From a virus, in IMG/VR virus record IMGVR_UViG_3300025528_000005, positions 69,139 through 133,138 of that record: a stretch of DNA of 64,000 nt; one strand, given 5' to 3'. Shown piece after piece: positions 19,772 to 29,712 of the stretch (within the stretch, counting starts at the first letter, position 1; every line of letters starts with the position of its first letter). A program made the translations under genes and the position numbers. Under the pieces are notes generated by a model that ran no database searches, was not told the DNA's origin, and worked only from the letters and a program-made list of their open reading frames with translations.

Positions 19772-20347
19772 TTAAAAATTTTCCTCACCGTCCTGGCACG
19801 CGGCGTAGACCTTGGCGTCGAAGTCGTTCAAAGCCGTCAGGAGAGCTCCGATCACTGGGCCCGGCAGGCGTTTGACGAACTTAGCTCGATCTTCAACAGA
19901 CAGAGATCTCAGATCCTTGCCTTGGAACATAGCCAAGCCATACTGAAGGTTCAGGACCGCCCTTTTTTCCGTCAAGGTAGAGACCAAGTTAGCCTTAGTG
20001 GCGTCAACCACCGCGGAAATTTGCTCGATCTCCTCTGCTGTGCGGGTACGGAACCGAACGCGCAGTTTACCACGAACCGTGACGTCTTCCGAATACTCTC
20101 CGGAGAAAATGATCTCATCGAAGATACGGGCAAGCTCGTCCGGATCATACTTAGGCGTCTTTTCACCCTCAGCCTCTTCGTTCTCATTCTTTTCGGCCGC
20201 AACCTTTTCGTCTTCATCTTGTGACGCCACAAGGGTGGGGTCGAGCTGAGCCGCGGGCTTTGCAGTTGGCTTACTCACTGCCCCTAGTGCGCCGGCACCC
20301 TTACGGGGCTTAACTTCCACCGGGTCGGTGAACTCAAAATCTGACAT
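19772..20347 (-). CDS. Tail assembly chaperone (gpG-like)
   Basis: 191 aa upstream of the tape measure gene; ends GAA AAT TTT TAA. Confidence 0.7.
   Translation of the reverse strand: MSDFEFTDPVEVKPRKGAGALGAVSKPTAKPAAQLDPTLVASQDEDEKVAAEKNENEEAEGEKTPKYDPDELARIFDEIIFSGEYSEDVTVRGKLRVRFRTRTAEEIEQISAVVDATKANLVSTLTEKRAVLNLQYGLAMFQGKDLRSLSVEDRAKFVKRLPGPVIGALLTALNDFDAKVYAACQDGEENF
19775..19781 (-). promoter_or_regulatory. -1 programmed ribosomal frameshift slippery heptamer A AAU UUU
   Basis: X XXY YYZ heptamer immediately before the stop; the -1 frame reads ...KFLKHPWAMQRMKL into the next ORF. Confidence 0.8.
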
Positions 20348-20377
20348 GTCGTATTCCTTTCTGAAATCAGAGTTTAA

Positions 20378-21994
20378 TCAAAATTCAAAGGCGGATGCGT
20401 CATCTGCCGCTGCCGCCTCATCTACGTAGATGAATTTACCGCATTGTATCATGTACGCGACGTTGGCGAAAACAATACTGTGCAGCCAATCATCACAAGT
20501 TCCTTCGTCTTTTCTGTAAACACGTCTACCGGACAGGGTTATTTCTTCCGTTACCGACAGAGCGTCTTTCCAGAAATCAGCCATGATTTCCCAGCATGGC
20601 GTTTCGAACTTTGAGATGCCCATCTTCGACTTGATGATCATCGTATCCATGTTCTGAGTCCGGTCAGCCGAGAAGAATCCGCCCGCCTTGTCAAAGCGCA
20701 AGGCATGCTTAGCGGCTACGTATTGAACCAGGTGAGCTCGGTCGGCACCTAGGTCACGTTGGAAGATCTGGCCTTGGAGCACACCAACGCCTCGATCAGA
20801 TCCCAGCATAGAACATTTATACTGGCGAAAGAGGTACTTCGCCCTTTCAACCTGTTCGAGAATGTCGATTCCATCCAATCGCTCAGCGTAGAGCAAGTAG
20901 CACTTACCCAGCGAATCATATCCAAGCACAGAGAAGACCGTATACGAATCCGTCGAGCCGCTCACTGACCAGTCGCAACCGAGGAACGTGCATATGATGT
21001 TCCGATCGTCCATCGGGAAACCTTTGTCGAATTCCCGGCGGCTTGGGTTGCAACAGGCCATCGCCTCTTTGAGAGAGAGGATTCGACCTGAGAGGCCGCT
21101 AGGAACCCCGAAAACCTCGTTAGCGAGCTTGGTCTGATTGTAGGTCTTGACCTTGGTTTGAATGTCTTTCCATTGCTTCGGCCTGGATCGGGCGGGGATG
21201 ATGACCTGAGGCAGGTGAAAGCCTAGGTGATCCTTCTCAGATGGCCGTCCCGCCATCCAGGTGCCGTTCTTGACGTTGAGAAGCTTACCACAGTAGACAC
21301 ACCCAGGGCCTTCTGGATTGTCCGTCATTTTCAAGCACGCTTCGAACGTGTTGGGGATTGTGTAGCGGTTGCAATGCTCGCACTTAATCACCCACTCGCT
21401 CATGTTCGAGCGTTCGAATTTGATCGTAAGCGTGTTGTTGGACGTCTTGGCCGTGCCTGTGTTGCGGATGAAGCCGTAATCGGATGCCGACAAGGTTTCT
21501 GCAAGAATGGGTCCGGCTTCAAGGCTCTGATCCTGGATCTCGTCGTTAAAAAGAGCGTCCGCCGAAATACCACGAATCCGGTCGGCGTCCTGTTCCGTGT
21601 CCGCATAGCCAAGGAAGATTCGGCTACCGTTGTTCAGCGACTTCTCGAAGATGTTTTTTCTCGAGGAGGAGTCGATGAAGTGCTTCTTGACGATAGGGGA
21701 GTTCAGAAACGGGTCTAGATACTGGGTTGAGAAGCGGGATGTTTGCTGCGCAAGAGGGCTGATGAACAGCGTCGAAAAGAACGATCGAATTATGCTGTTC
21801 GACGTGATGTTCCCGCCGAGGGACACGGACTTCCCAATCTGCCGCCCAGCCATAAGCGTCATCTCGGGTGGCGAGATGTCATAGATCAGCTCGAAAGGTT
21901 TGTACTCCTCTAAGTCGAGAGGCTTTCCTTTGAGTTGAAGGATAGCTTTTGCGAGCTGGGAGGGTTTAAGTTTAAGGATTCGTTCAACAGCCAT
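20378..21994 (-). CDS. Terminase large subunit
   Basis: Walker A-like AGRQIGKS, Walker B FNDEIQD, Zn ribbon CEHC/CVYC, nuclease acidic residues (GCDW...DDWLHS). Start taken at MAVERIL; the ORF track extends it to 22036. Confidence 0.9.
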   Translation of the reverse strand: MAVERILKLKPSQLAKAILQLKGKPLDLEEYKPFELIYDISPPEMTLMAGRQIGKSVSLGGNITSNSIIRSFFSTLFISPLAQQTSRFSTQYLDPFLNSPIVKKHFIDSSSRKNIFEKSLNNGSRIFLGYADTEQDADRIRGISADALFNDEIQDQSLEAGPILAETLSASDYGFIRNTGTAKTSNNTLTIKFERSNMSEWVIKCEHCNRYTIPNTFEACLKMTDNPEGPGCVYCGKLLNVKNGTWMAGRPSEKDHLGFHLPQVIIPARSRPKQWKDIQTKVKTYNQTKLANEVFGVPSGLSGRILSLKEAMACCNPSRREFDKGFPMDDRNIICTFLGCDWSVSGSTDSYTVFSVLGYDSLGKCYLLYAERLDGIDILEQVERAKYLFRQYKCSMLGSDRGVGVLQGQIFQRDLGADRAHLVQYVAAKHALRFDKAGGFFSADRTQNMDTMIIKSKMGISKFETPCWEIMADFWKDALSVTEEITLSGRRVYRKDEGTCDDWLHSIVFANVAYMIQCGKFIYVDEAAAADDASAFEF

Positions 21995-22092
21995 GTATTT
22001 ACGATTTGATACCCGTATTATAGCCTTTTGCCTCAAATCCCCAATTTCACACTGTTTTAAGCTCCTTCAATTCAATTCAGAAGCCCTCCTGT

Positions 22093-22102
22093 TGGTATAA
22101 GA
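22093..22102 (+). promoter_or_regulatory. Plus-strand island promoter (TGGTATAAGA)
   Basis: Recurrent motif about 75 nt upstream of the 22175 gene. Confidence 0.7.
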
Positions 22103-22174
22103 ACTACGAAGACATTCACGTCTTCTTCGCCGAACCTATCGGCAACTCCCTTAACTGCGAGGAGTAAGCTGGCA

Positions 22175-22927
22175 ATGCGAGCCGTAATATCGGCAATCTA
22201 TCCTGTGCTCATCCAGCCATTCATCAGCACCGAGGAGGTCCGTTATTACATCAACGGATTCTATGTCCACAGTGATCCAAACGAAGGTCTTCGGATCGTC
22301 GCCACCGACGGTCACCGATTGGGTGTCTTCCACGACCGCGAAGGTTTGTGGGAAGGCCCGACGAACGCCGGGATGATCGTCAAGCTAAGCAAGCCTGCGC
22401 TCGACATTCTGAAGGACAAGAAGTCCAGGACGCCGCTTAAGAAGTGGCTGGTTGTTGAGGGCGACATCAAGGCTAACTCCGCGACGATCATCGAGGGGGA
22501 TGATCCTCTGGACAACCCGAGGCTTGTGGCAACATTCCACGACGTCCTCATAGATGGAACCTACCCCGATTACACCAAGGTTGTTCCTTCCATCACGAAG
22601 CGGGACTTCAAACCGGCCAGCTACAACCCGAAGTATCTCGCCGACTTCTCTCGGGTCCTGCCGAAGATGGGGGCCCGGTGCATCCGCCTTGTCTCGGAAG
22701 ACGAGGCTGGCCCATCGCTCGTTCTGACGAGCCGAGATGACTTCTTCGGTGTCCTGATGCCTATGCGGCCGGGATGGGAAGAGTCCAACTATTATCCGGA
22801 CTTCTGGACCCGCAAGCCTTCTCACAAGGGGATGAAGCTGGTCAGAGGTGGAAAGAAGAAGTCGGCTGCCTTGGAGGAGGTCGAAACCAAAGTGGCGGAA
22901 ACCAACTCTCAACCGGACGCTGCCTAG
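22175..22927 (+). CDS. DNA polymerase III beta (sliding clamp)-like protein, shortened
   Basis: E.RYYING.....LRIVATDGHRL and LIDGTYPDY..VVP are hallmark DnaN motifs; only about 200 aa are clamp-like. Confidence 0.75.
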   Translation: MRAVISAIYPVLIQPFISTEEVRYYINGFYVHSDPNEGLRIVATDGHRLGVFHDREGLWEGPTNAGMIVKLSKPALDILKDKKSRTPLKKWLVVEGDIKANSATIIEGDDPLDNPRLVATFHDVLIDGTYPDYTKVVPSITKRDFKPASYNPKYLADFSRVLPKMGARCIRLVSEDEAGPSLVLTSRDDFFGVLMPMRPGWEESNYYPDFWTRKPSHKGMKLVRGGKKKSAALEEVETKVAETNSQPDAA

Positions 22928-23017
22928 TCTGCGACCGTCTTGTGGCCGCCGGCGTCAGGAAGATGCTGGCGGTCTTCAACTTACCCGTTTGTTAATAACT
23001 CTCTGAAGGAGTGCATC

Positions 23018-23158
23018 ATGAAGCTGAACTGGAACAAAGTCGTCTTCGTCGCTGTGAGCGCGTTTGCAGCGATCGGGTTTGTCGCATCCGTCGTAGCAAA
23101 TCAGGAGCCTCTCCCTGCTCCGGAACGCATCCAAATCCTGTACGTCCCAGCCGAGTAA
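23018..23158 (+). CDS. Small membrane/secreted peptide
   Basis: AAGGAG RBS; MKLNWNKVVFVAVSAFAAIGFVASVVA hydrophobic segment. Confidence 0.6.
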   Translation: MKLNWNKVVFVAVSAFAAIGFVASVVANQEPLPAPERIQILYVPAE

Positions 23159-23168
23159 GGAGTCTGAG

Positions 23169-23642
23169 ATGTTCTCAAAGCTTGCGAAAGCCGTAACGTG
23201 CCTTGCTGTCCTTTTGGTATACGCGGCTCTGCTCTCCCCGGCTTATGCCCAGCAAGTCAACGTCGTACACGTCCACCCGAGCGGGTGGGTTGACTACGTG
23301 TACTTTGATCGAGGGAGGGGTCGGTACCTGTACTCAGCCTTTGACTCAAACTCGATCTACGAGAGGCATGGCCTGACCTTCGTGAATGTCAGGCAGTACT
23401 ATCGTACCGAGATAATCACGAAGGCCAACGAGGATTACGCAGACGACGTTGTAGACTTCGACCCTGCATACGATCACATCTACGCTCTTGACTGTGTGAA
23501 CGGTCGATATCTGACTGTTCGCACGGAAGAGTTCTATCAAAGTGGCAACAGCCGAGTGTTCGACTTCACCGGACTCCGTCAACCCTGGATACGGATACAC
23601 AGGTATGATGACTTCTGGTTTCTAGCAACCAAAGTCTGCTAA
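23169..23642 (+). CDS. Secreted/periplasmic hypothetical protein
   Basis: AAGGAG RBS; signal peptide ending in AYA|QQ. Confidence 0.65.
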   Translation: MFSKLAKAVTCLAVLLVYAALLSPAYAQQVNVVHVHPSGWVDYVYFDRGRGRYLYSAFDSNSIYERHGLTFVNVRQYYRTEIITKANEDYADDVVDFDPAYDHIYALDCVNGRYLTVRTEEFYQSGNSRVFDFTGLRQPWIRIHRYDDFWFLATKVC

Positions 23643-23692
23643 GTAGTCACTTGGGCCCTTTTCAGGGCCCTTTTCTTTTGGAGACCAGTAAC

Positions 23693-24157
23693 GTGAAGCT
23701 GTCTAACGGTTACACCGTCAACACAATTCCTGACTTCTCGAACATCCCTTCTGAGCAAAAAGAGCGTTGCCGGCAGTGGATTGATGCTTTGCGTTCAGGA
23801 GAGTATCGTCAACAAACTGGCGCTCTGAAGGTTCCTGAAGGTTTTTGTTGCCTTGGAGTAGCCTGTGACGTAGCTCGTAAGAATGGGTTCGGAAAATGGA
23901 GGGAGTTCAAAAAGGTCTCCGTGTACGCTGATGAAACCGGAGAATCTAATGTCGTCCTAACTAAGGGAGTGCAAGACTTTTTCGGTATTCTTGGTCCGGA
24001 CGGTTTCCGGATAACCCTCTCACCTCCTGGACTAGAAGACTTCAGAACGTGGAGGCTCGTAGATCTTAACGATGGAAAGATAGCATCTTTCACTGAGATC
24101 TCCGACATCATCGAAATCGCTATCAACGGTGGCCTTAACGTAGCTTCGGTTTCTTAA
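23693..24157 (+). CDS. Conserved phage hypothetical protein
   Basis: W..ALRSG.Y.Q..G.L....FCCLGVACD motif; GTG start after a GGAG RBS. Confidence 0.7.
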   Translation: MKLSNGYTVNTIPDFSNIPSEQKERCRQWIDALRSGEYRQQTGALKVPEGFCCLGVACDVARKNGFGKWREFKKVSVYADETGESNVVLTKGVQDFFGILGPDGFRITLSPPGLEDFRTWRLVDLNDGKIASFTEISDIIEIAINGGLNVASVS

Positions 24158-24215
24158 ACCTCTGTGCCTCGAGAGGCCTTTTCCTGCATCTTCAGAAAGA
24201 AAGGAACGATGATCC

Positions 24216-24893
24216 ATGCAGATCATTGCTCAGCAATCGATTCCCAAAATCGAAGACTCCGCCGCCAGGGTCACGGTCATTCTTCGTCGACATGAAAACG
24301 GTACCTACTGCACTCAGATCCGCAATGATGATACCGGAAACTTCTTTTCCGGTCATTACGACCTATCCCTGCCAGAAGCCTGGGCGGATTTCGGCGAACG
24401 GATCTCGGACATCTGGCCTCGGCTCGACGGTCGATACGTCCCCGAGCTCCCTCCTCTCATCAAACCTAAAGAGATCACGCTGATCCGTGCAACCGGGCCG
24501 TTACGAGGAGCGTCGGTCAATGTCGACGAACCGATTATCGTCAGAACCTACGATGAGGCCGATCGGGTGATCCGTAGGATCGCCGAGACGGCTCCGTTGG
24601 AGGGAGAAGGGTACGACAAGGTCGACATCGTCGTGGCGTTCGAGGACGGCCATGTCTTCCATGGCCGTTACGATGCGGTTCGAGAGGATCGGTCTCGGTC
24701 GGAAATGCTCCAGCAGCACATACGTGAGCACGCCCAGTTTCTGGCGGGGCTCTACAGGCCGTCCTGGGTCAACAAAAACAAGGACGGCGAGGAGATCTAT
24801 CTCCAGGCCATGGCCAGGTATGAGAAGGACGGCACGGCCCAAGCAGCCCGAGAGTTTCTCGCCAAGTACGACGTCGGTCAACGGACGGGTTGA
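24216..24893 (+). CDS. Polyvalent-protein-associated domain protein (LPD25-like C-terminus)
   Basis: GYDKVDIVVAFEDGHVFHGRYD resembles LPD25; the N-terminal FFSGHY...EA..DF..R module recurs in mobile-element proteins. Confidence 0.5.
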   Translation: MQIIAQQSIPKIEDSAARVTVILRRHENGTYCTQIRNDDTGNFFSGHYDLSLPEAWADFGERISDIWPRLDGRYVPELPPLIKPKEITLIRATGPLRGASVNVDEPIIVRTYDEADRVIRRIAETAPLEGEGYDKVDIVVAFEDGHVFHGRYDAVREDRSRSEMLQQHIREHAQFLAGLYRPSWVNKNKDGEEIYLQAMARYEKDGTAQAAREFLAKYDVGQRTG

Positions 24894-25618
24894 CAATGTC
24901 TACCGGGTCCGCAAGAGAGCAGCAAAGCACCATAGACGATAGCAACGCTAAGCTGCTCTCTCTCATATCGGAGATGGGGGTTCCGGCTCCCGTCGTCTCC
25001 GCGCTGCTCGAGATGGGTGGTCATCAAATGAACCTGGACGATGCCAGGTTTCTAAGAGGGCCGATCCTCTATCACAAGGGTCCGAGCAACTGGGGAAAGA
25101 CCATCCCGAAATGGATGTTCGACCAGGTGCGGGCAGAGCGTACCGAGATTGCTCTTGGTAAGCTCCGTATGCCGGTCGGGCCCACCGAAATTGCCGTGGT
25201 CATGTACCCCGCGGCCATGGAGGCACCCCTTCACTACCTCTCGACCCAGCTCTACCTGTGGGCCTCCACACATGCGGCGGCCCGCTACTATAGGAAGCCG
25301 GTCGAGGAGTACTGGAAAATGCTCAATCAAGAACCGATTCCTGACAGGGAGGTTCTCGAACCCAAAGGCCTTCTCTATCAACATTACAAGGAACTGGCCT
25401 CCGAGATCCGTCGTAAGGTCATCAATGCACAAGTCAGGAGGGAGAGACACCAGAAGAGCATGGAAAGAAGGAATGTGGTCCGCCACAGAAAGCCCTCTCG
25501 AACCTCAGAAATCCCTATCGAGGTCAGTGAACCGAAACCACCTGGGCGGAGGTCTAGCAACCATGACGTTCAGCCTAGCCTCTTCTCGTGGCTGCTAAAA
25601 GGAATCGTTGGCGAATGA
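24890..25618 (+). CDS. Hypothetical protein
   Basis: 242 aa, overlapping junction with the upstream gene. Confidence 0.6.
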   Translation: MTMSTGSAREQQSTIDDSNAKLLSLISEMGVPAPVVSALLEMGGHQMNLDDARFLRGPILYHKGPSNWGKTIPKWMFDQVRAERTEIALGKLRMPVGPTEIAVVMYPAAMEAPLHYLSTQLYLWASTHAAARYYRKPVEEYWKMLNQEPIPDREVLEPKGLLYQHYKELASEIRRKVINAQVRRERHQKSMERRNVVRHRKPSRTSEIPIEVSEPKPPGRRSSNHDVQPSLFSWLLKGIVGE

Positions 25619-25644
25619 GCAACCCAGTAACGAAGGATTAACCA

Positions 25645-26028
25645 ATGTCTGCTTACATAGTCGAGAACGGCACTATTCAAAGAGCTCTTTACGCTCTCCA
25701 ATCTCTTCGAAGGCCGTTTTATGGCAAGGATCTCACAAAGGACGAAGACCTTGCCGAACTCGGTCAAGAGCTGTACCGGCTCAACACCAAAGCGGTGAAC
25801 GCCCGCTATCGCAGTAGACGACGGGTTCCGAAGTACGTGCACGAACCCGTCGATCCAACAACGTCGGTCATGCAGCTCTACAAATCCCTTTGCTGCCTCA
25901 TCTACCAATGCTCGGAAGACAAGGCCGACAGAACCTTCCTATACAAGGAACTGTTGCGAGCAAGGGCCGACCTGGCCGTTCGACTGCTATCCGAGACGCA
26001 GGAATATCGCGCCTGTGGCTGGTTATAA
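25645..26028 (+). CDS. Conserved phage/plasmid hypothetical protein
   Basis: MSAYIV...LN..AVNARY...KSL.CL.YQCSE pattern. Confidence 0.7.
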   Translation: MSAYIVENGTIQRALYALQSLRRPFYGKDLTKDEDLAELGQELYRLNTKAVNARYRSRRRVPKYVHEPVDPTTSVMQLYKSLCCLIYQCSEDKADRTFLYKELLRARADLAVRLLSETQEYRACGWL

Positions 26029-26110
26029 GCGTGCAATCAAACTAGGCCTTGTTACAAGGCCTTTTTTAGACGACGGCTATATTTTGTCACTTCAACAAAT
26101 TGCAAATCCT

Positions 26111-26120
26111 TGGTATAAGA
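26111..26120 (+). promoter_or_regulatory. Promoter of the Ubl cassette (TGGTATAAGA)
   Basis: Recurrent motif. Confidence 0.7.
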
Positions 26121-26197
26121 GTTGCGGACAAAGGATAGTTATAGCCGGCTATTCAGTCCTCTCTCTTTAGCCTTTTTACTAGAGGTATTGTTTTAAT

Positions 26198-26404
26198 ATG
26201 TCCAACGTTACTACGACCAAGTTCATCGTCACCTCGACCGACACCGAATACAGCATCCCTGGGAACTGGACTGCCCAGCAGATCAAGGATAACTATGCAT
26301 CCCAGGTTCCCGGTATCACCAACATGGTGGCTGAAGAAACCTACGAGGATGGCGGTGCGACCCGTCTGATCGTTTTCAAGCCGCGCACTGGCAACAAGGG
26401 CTGA
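26198..26404 (+). CDS. Ubiquitin-like protein (PRTRC protein C-like)
   Basis: 68 aa with beta-grasp-like pattern and C-terminal FKPRTGNKG; heads an E2/JAB/E1 cluster. Confidence 0.8.
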   Translation: MSNVTTTKFIVTSTDTEYSIPGNWTAQQIKDNYASQVPGITNMVAEETYEDGGATRLIVFKPRTGNKG

Positions 26405-26432
26405 TAGCTCCGAGCTACGGGCTTGAATCGTG

Positions 26433-26463
26433 AAATAGGGCGCCCTTCGGGGCGTCCTATTTT
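26433..26463 (+). terminator. Strong hairpin terminator after the Ubl gene
   Basis: AAATAGGGCGCCC-TTCG-GGGCGTCCTATTT with a UUCG loop. Confidence 0.75.
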
Positions 26464-26532
26464 GTTCGGCTTTTTTTAGTCACAGGTAGGAGCGGATTAC
26501 AAAAAGCCGAACCTCGTATTCAAGGAATCATA

Positions 26533-27453
26533 ATGCGAACAGCACTTATACCTCATGTAACGACAGGGCCACGGGCCCGAGCCATCAGGATACGGAGCGA
26601 ATGTAGTCGACGCATTCAACAGTATTGCCGAGACAGAGTTATCGAACTGAAGCTTGCCACTAAGCAGTTTTCATACGACTTCGACTTCACCTCTGGCGGC
26701 ACACCGACACGACGCTCTCTGGTACGCTTCAAGACTCTGCTTTCCCGGGCCATCGAAAAACAGCTTCCCTATGTGGAATACACTCAGAAGCCGTTTTTCG
26801 AAATACTGGGCCGATCAACTTTCTCAATCACTCTGTTATCCCGGCCAGTCCGATACTCCGGAAGCTACTATGGGTTTTCCAGGCTGGATATTACTTCTAA
26901 AAGACTGCTTTGCGAAGATAGTCGCTTTGGTAAAACCGTTGAACGTTACGTTCAATATCTCAGGTACATATGTTTGAAGCACGCCGTACCGATTTCGATC
27001 CATTCCTCTGGACATTCTCATCTCTCTGTAGAATCCAGGGCCAGATATTATGAGATTCTCAGTTCAAACTATGACGCATTAAAAACAGAGTCTCCGGAGG
27101 TACAGTACGAGGTCAAAATCATGGCTCAAATCGTGTACTGGAGTCATCTTCCGTACAACGACCTGGTTCGGGCTAATCACCCCCGTCTACTGTCGCTGGA
27201 TGAGTTCATCGCAAACCGGCTCGAGCACGAGCCGGCCAGTACGGTGTTCTCACAATCTGAGTGGCATTCGAAAAATATCGCAGATGAACCCCTCCTGAGT
27301 TCGAAGGATTTTCTAGAAGGATATAGTCGTTACTGGGTTCCAGAGAAGGTATTCTACTACCTCCCTCAGATCATATCCACTCTTCGAACTTTAACCCGTA
27401 AGACCAGCTATGTTTCTTCAGCTTTTAGCATCGGAGCTCCTGAAGGCTCCTGA
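26533..27453 (+). CDS. Hypothetical protein in the Ubl cassette
   Basis: 306 aa, aromatic-rich, no recognised motif. Confidence 0.6.
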   Translation: MRTALIPHVTTGPRARAIRIRSECSRRIQQYCRDRVIELKLATKQFSYDFDFTSGGTPTRRSLVRFKTLLSRAIEKQLPYVEYTQKPFFEILGRSTFSITLLSRPVRYSGSYYGFSRLDITSKRLLCEDSRFGKTVERYVQYLRYICLKHAVPISIHSSGHSHLSVESRARYYEILSSNYDALKTESPEVQYEVKIMAQIVYWSHLPYNDLVRANHPRLLSLDEFIANRLEHEPASTVFSQSEWHSKNIADEPLLSSKDFLEGYSRYWVPEKVFYYLPQIISTLRTLTRKTSYVSSAFSIGAPEGS

Positions 27454-27667
27454 CCTCAATTCCGACCTAGTTGATGGAGAAGCTGTAGTCTCTCGCATTC
27501 CTAGGATTCAAACTCTCGAAGATTTGGAGGTGCTTGGAAAGTACCGGCGCAGGACCTATAACAGCGAGGATTTGCGAGCGATAAACTTGCATCTCATGGA
27601 ATCGGAGTTCTTTAAAGCCAAGCACTTTCAAGGTGATGCGCTCAATTTCGAAGAGGATTTTGTATGA
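27410..27667 (+). CDS. Small hypothetical protein in the Ubl cassette
   Basis: 85 aa, overlapping both neighbours. Confidence 0.5.
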   Translation: MFLQLLASELLKAPDLNSDLVDGEAVVSRIPRIQTLEDLEVLGKYRRRTYNSEDLRAINLHLMESEFFKAKHFQGDALNFEEDFV

Positions 27668-28398
27668 GCGATATGGAAGCGATTGAAACATCGCCAATGG
27701 CGGAGGAGCCTAAGGTTGAAGTCCTGCTTCAGGATGTTCAAATCTTTACTGATCACGTCAAAGTTATTCTAAATGGCGGTGTAGAAAAGGCCATATCTTT
27801 GAATGATTTTCGGAATATCCTCAATTCCGTCATTGGTATTCACGAAGACCAAAAATTGGAAGGATTTAATCTTCCGTCCAATGTGTTCTATTTTGCCAAG
27901 TCGGGAAACGAGATTCAGCTAAGTTGCTACTATCAAGCCCGAAAGGCAGTTATCCAGTACTACGACAAAAAGATGCCCATTGTCATGCCGAACGTGATAA
28001 TCAGCCACGTTCTCGAAAGGACAGGGGAGAAGATCTGGCGAGTGCGATCATCGAAGTACTTTTGCACGGATTTCAGTGTCTCTCGATTGCCTCGGGACTT
28101 CATCAATCGACTTGATCATAGTAATCACATCTTCCTGCTACCTATGTCGAATACATATGACAATGGGAATATGTGTTATGGCGGAAATCAAATGATCAGT
28201 CGGTTCTCGGAGAACAATCTGCGTGGACTGGATTGGTACTACCAGTATATGTTCGAATCCCCTTTCAATGACGACCTTGGCGTCTATGCGATAAGAAGAT
28301 CCATGCCTCCAAAAGAGTGGTATGCACTTCTCTCGGAGCTGGCTAAAGAGGACAAGCCTTTTCCTTACGAGAAGCTCACGGGATACTCCCCGGCATAA
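27664..28398 (+). CDS. Prokaryotic E2-family enzyme (Prok-E2_D / PRTRC protein B-like)
   Basis: LLPMSNTYDNGNMCYG with candidate catalytic Cys, followed by FESPFNDD. Confidence 0.7.
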   Translation: MSDMEAIETSPMAEEPKVEVLLQDVQIFTDHVKVILNGGVEKAISLNDFRNILNSVIGIHEDQKLEGFNLPSNVFYFAKSGNEIQLSCYYQARKAVIQYYDKKMPIVMPNVIISHVLERTGEKIWRVRSSKYFCTDFSVSRLPRDFINRLDHSNHIFLLPMSNTYDNGNMCYGGNQMISRFSENNLRGLDWYYQYMFESPFNDDLGVYAIRRSMPPKEWYALLSELAKEDKPFPYEKLTGYSPA

Positions 28399-28426
28399 TA
28401 TTCAATCTATTCATTAAGGAGTTAAC

Positions 28427-29707
28427 ATGCGTGTACTAGCGCCTCATATGAGCTGCGTTGTAAACATGCCGCTCAGCGATGACGAGCCAAACGAGCTCGA
28501 ACAGGCCATCGCCGATGGCTATACTGAAATCTATGTAATTACCGCGGACGGCATCATCAAGCACCACAAGCTGCGCGGCGAGAATCGTTACATCCGAGTC
28601 AAGGTCAACAGTATCCCTGGCTTTGAAGCTCCTAAGCTTCCTCAAGCTATCAACTTCTTGCCGGCCGGCAAAATCCCCAAGGAGTTGTTCGATCAGATTC
28701 TCGCCTTCTTCTATGGTGTTATGAAGAAGAATGGCGACAAAGCTCTAGAGGCGATGGCATGGATCTGCTACAGCCAAGAGCGGGGTTATCACATTATCAT
28801 CCCTGATCAGCAGATCTCAGCAGCGTCGGTTCGTTACGACTGGTCTTCTGTTCCGGCCGGGACGTCGATCATCGTCGACATCCATTCTCACAACAACATG
28901 AACGCCTTCTTCTCAGGCACCGACAACAATGACGATCGGGCGAATATCTCGTTCTCTGGCGTGGTTGGTAAGATGAACCAAACGGTTCCCGAAACCGTAT
29001 GGCGTTTCAATTACCAGGATCGCAAGTTCGAGGCCAAATTCGAAGACATCTTCGATGTGGCACCGGTTGAAGTCCCGGACGAGTGGCTCGATAAGGTGGA
29101 TGTGTCGACTCCTCGTATCACTTATGTAGGAGGTGGAAAGTGGCCGTCCTCCACGTTGGACAAGAAAGGCCGGGCCGATCACCTGAAGCCATATCAGTTC
29201 CGCAAGAAAGAGGATCTCGAGAAAGATCTCATCAATGGCAACCGAGCAGGGCCTCAACTACAGGCTCGCAATAGGGCTTTGATGGCAACAGGTCATCTCG
29301 ATTTCGACTCTGACTTTTGGGGCATGGGAGACGAAGCCGGTATGTTGGCCAACGGCTACGTTGCCGGGGGTAAGAACCTGGGAAAAGCCGTGGGCGAGGA
29401 GGACGGAAGCAACGAGGTCGCTGACCCCTTCTCGCCTAACTTCAACGATGACGAGGCTGATCTCGACCTCTCCTTTCACCCTCGCTACGATGAGCTTGTG
29501 TGCAATCAAGGCAAGGGGGTGGCCGAAGCGTACTGCGTAATCGACCACTACATGTCGGAACTCGCCGGTCAAGATGAGCTCCTACAGGGGCTGATCTCGG
29601 ACATGTTCGATCTAAGTTCGGACTCTGCCCAGATCCGGATCTTCCGCCAGCTCTATCAGCACCTGTCTCCGTCGGCTCAAGAAAGCCTCGCTTCCAAAGG
29701 CTTCTAG
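28427..29707 (+). CDS. JAB/MPN+ metalloprotease (PRTRC protein A-like) with acidic C-terminal extension
   Basis: EAMAWI...DIHSHNNMNAFFSGTDNNDD, giving the E...HxH...S..D JAMM motif. Confidence 0.85.
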   Translation: MRVLAPHMSCVVNMPLSDDEPNELEQAIADGYTEIYVITADGIIKHHKLRGENRYIRVKVNSIPGFEAPKLPQAINFLPAGKIPKELFDQILAFFYGVMKKNGDKALEAMAWICYSQERGYHIIIPDQQISAASVRYDWSSVPAGTSIIVDIHSHNNMNAFFSGTDNNDDRANISFSGVVGKMNQTVPETVWRFNYQDRKFEAKFEDIFDVAPVEVPDEWLDKVDVSTPRITYVGGGKWPSSTLDKKGRADHLKPYQFRKKEDLEKDLINGNRAGPQLQARNRALMATGHLDFDSDFWGMGDEAGMLANGYVAGGKNLGKAVGEEDGSNEVADPFSPNFNDDEADLDLSFHPRYDELVCNQGKGVAEAYCVIDHYMSELAGQDELLQGLISDMFDLSSDSAQIRIFRQLYQHLSPSAQESLASKGF

Positions 29708-29712
29708 CTACT

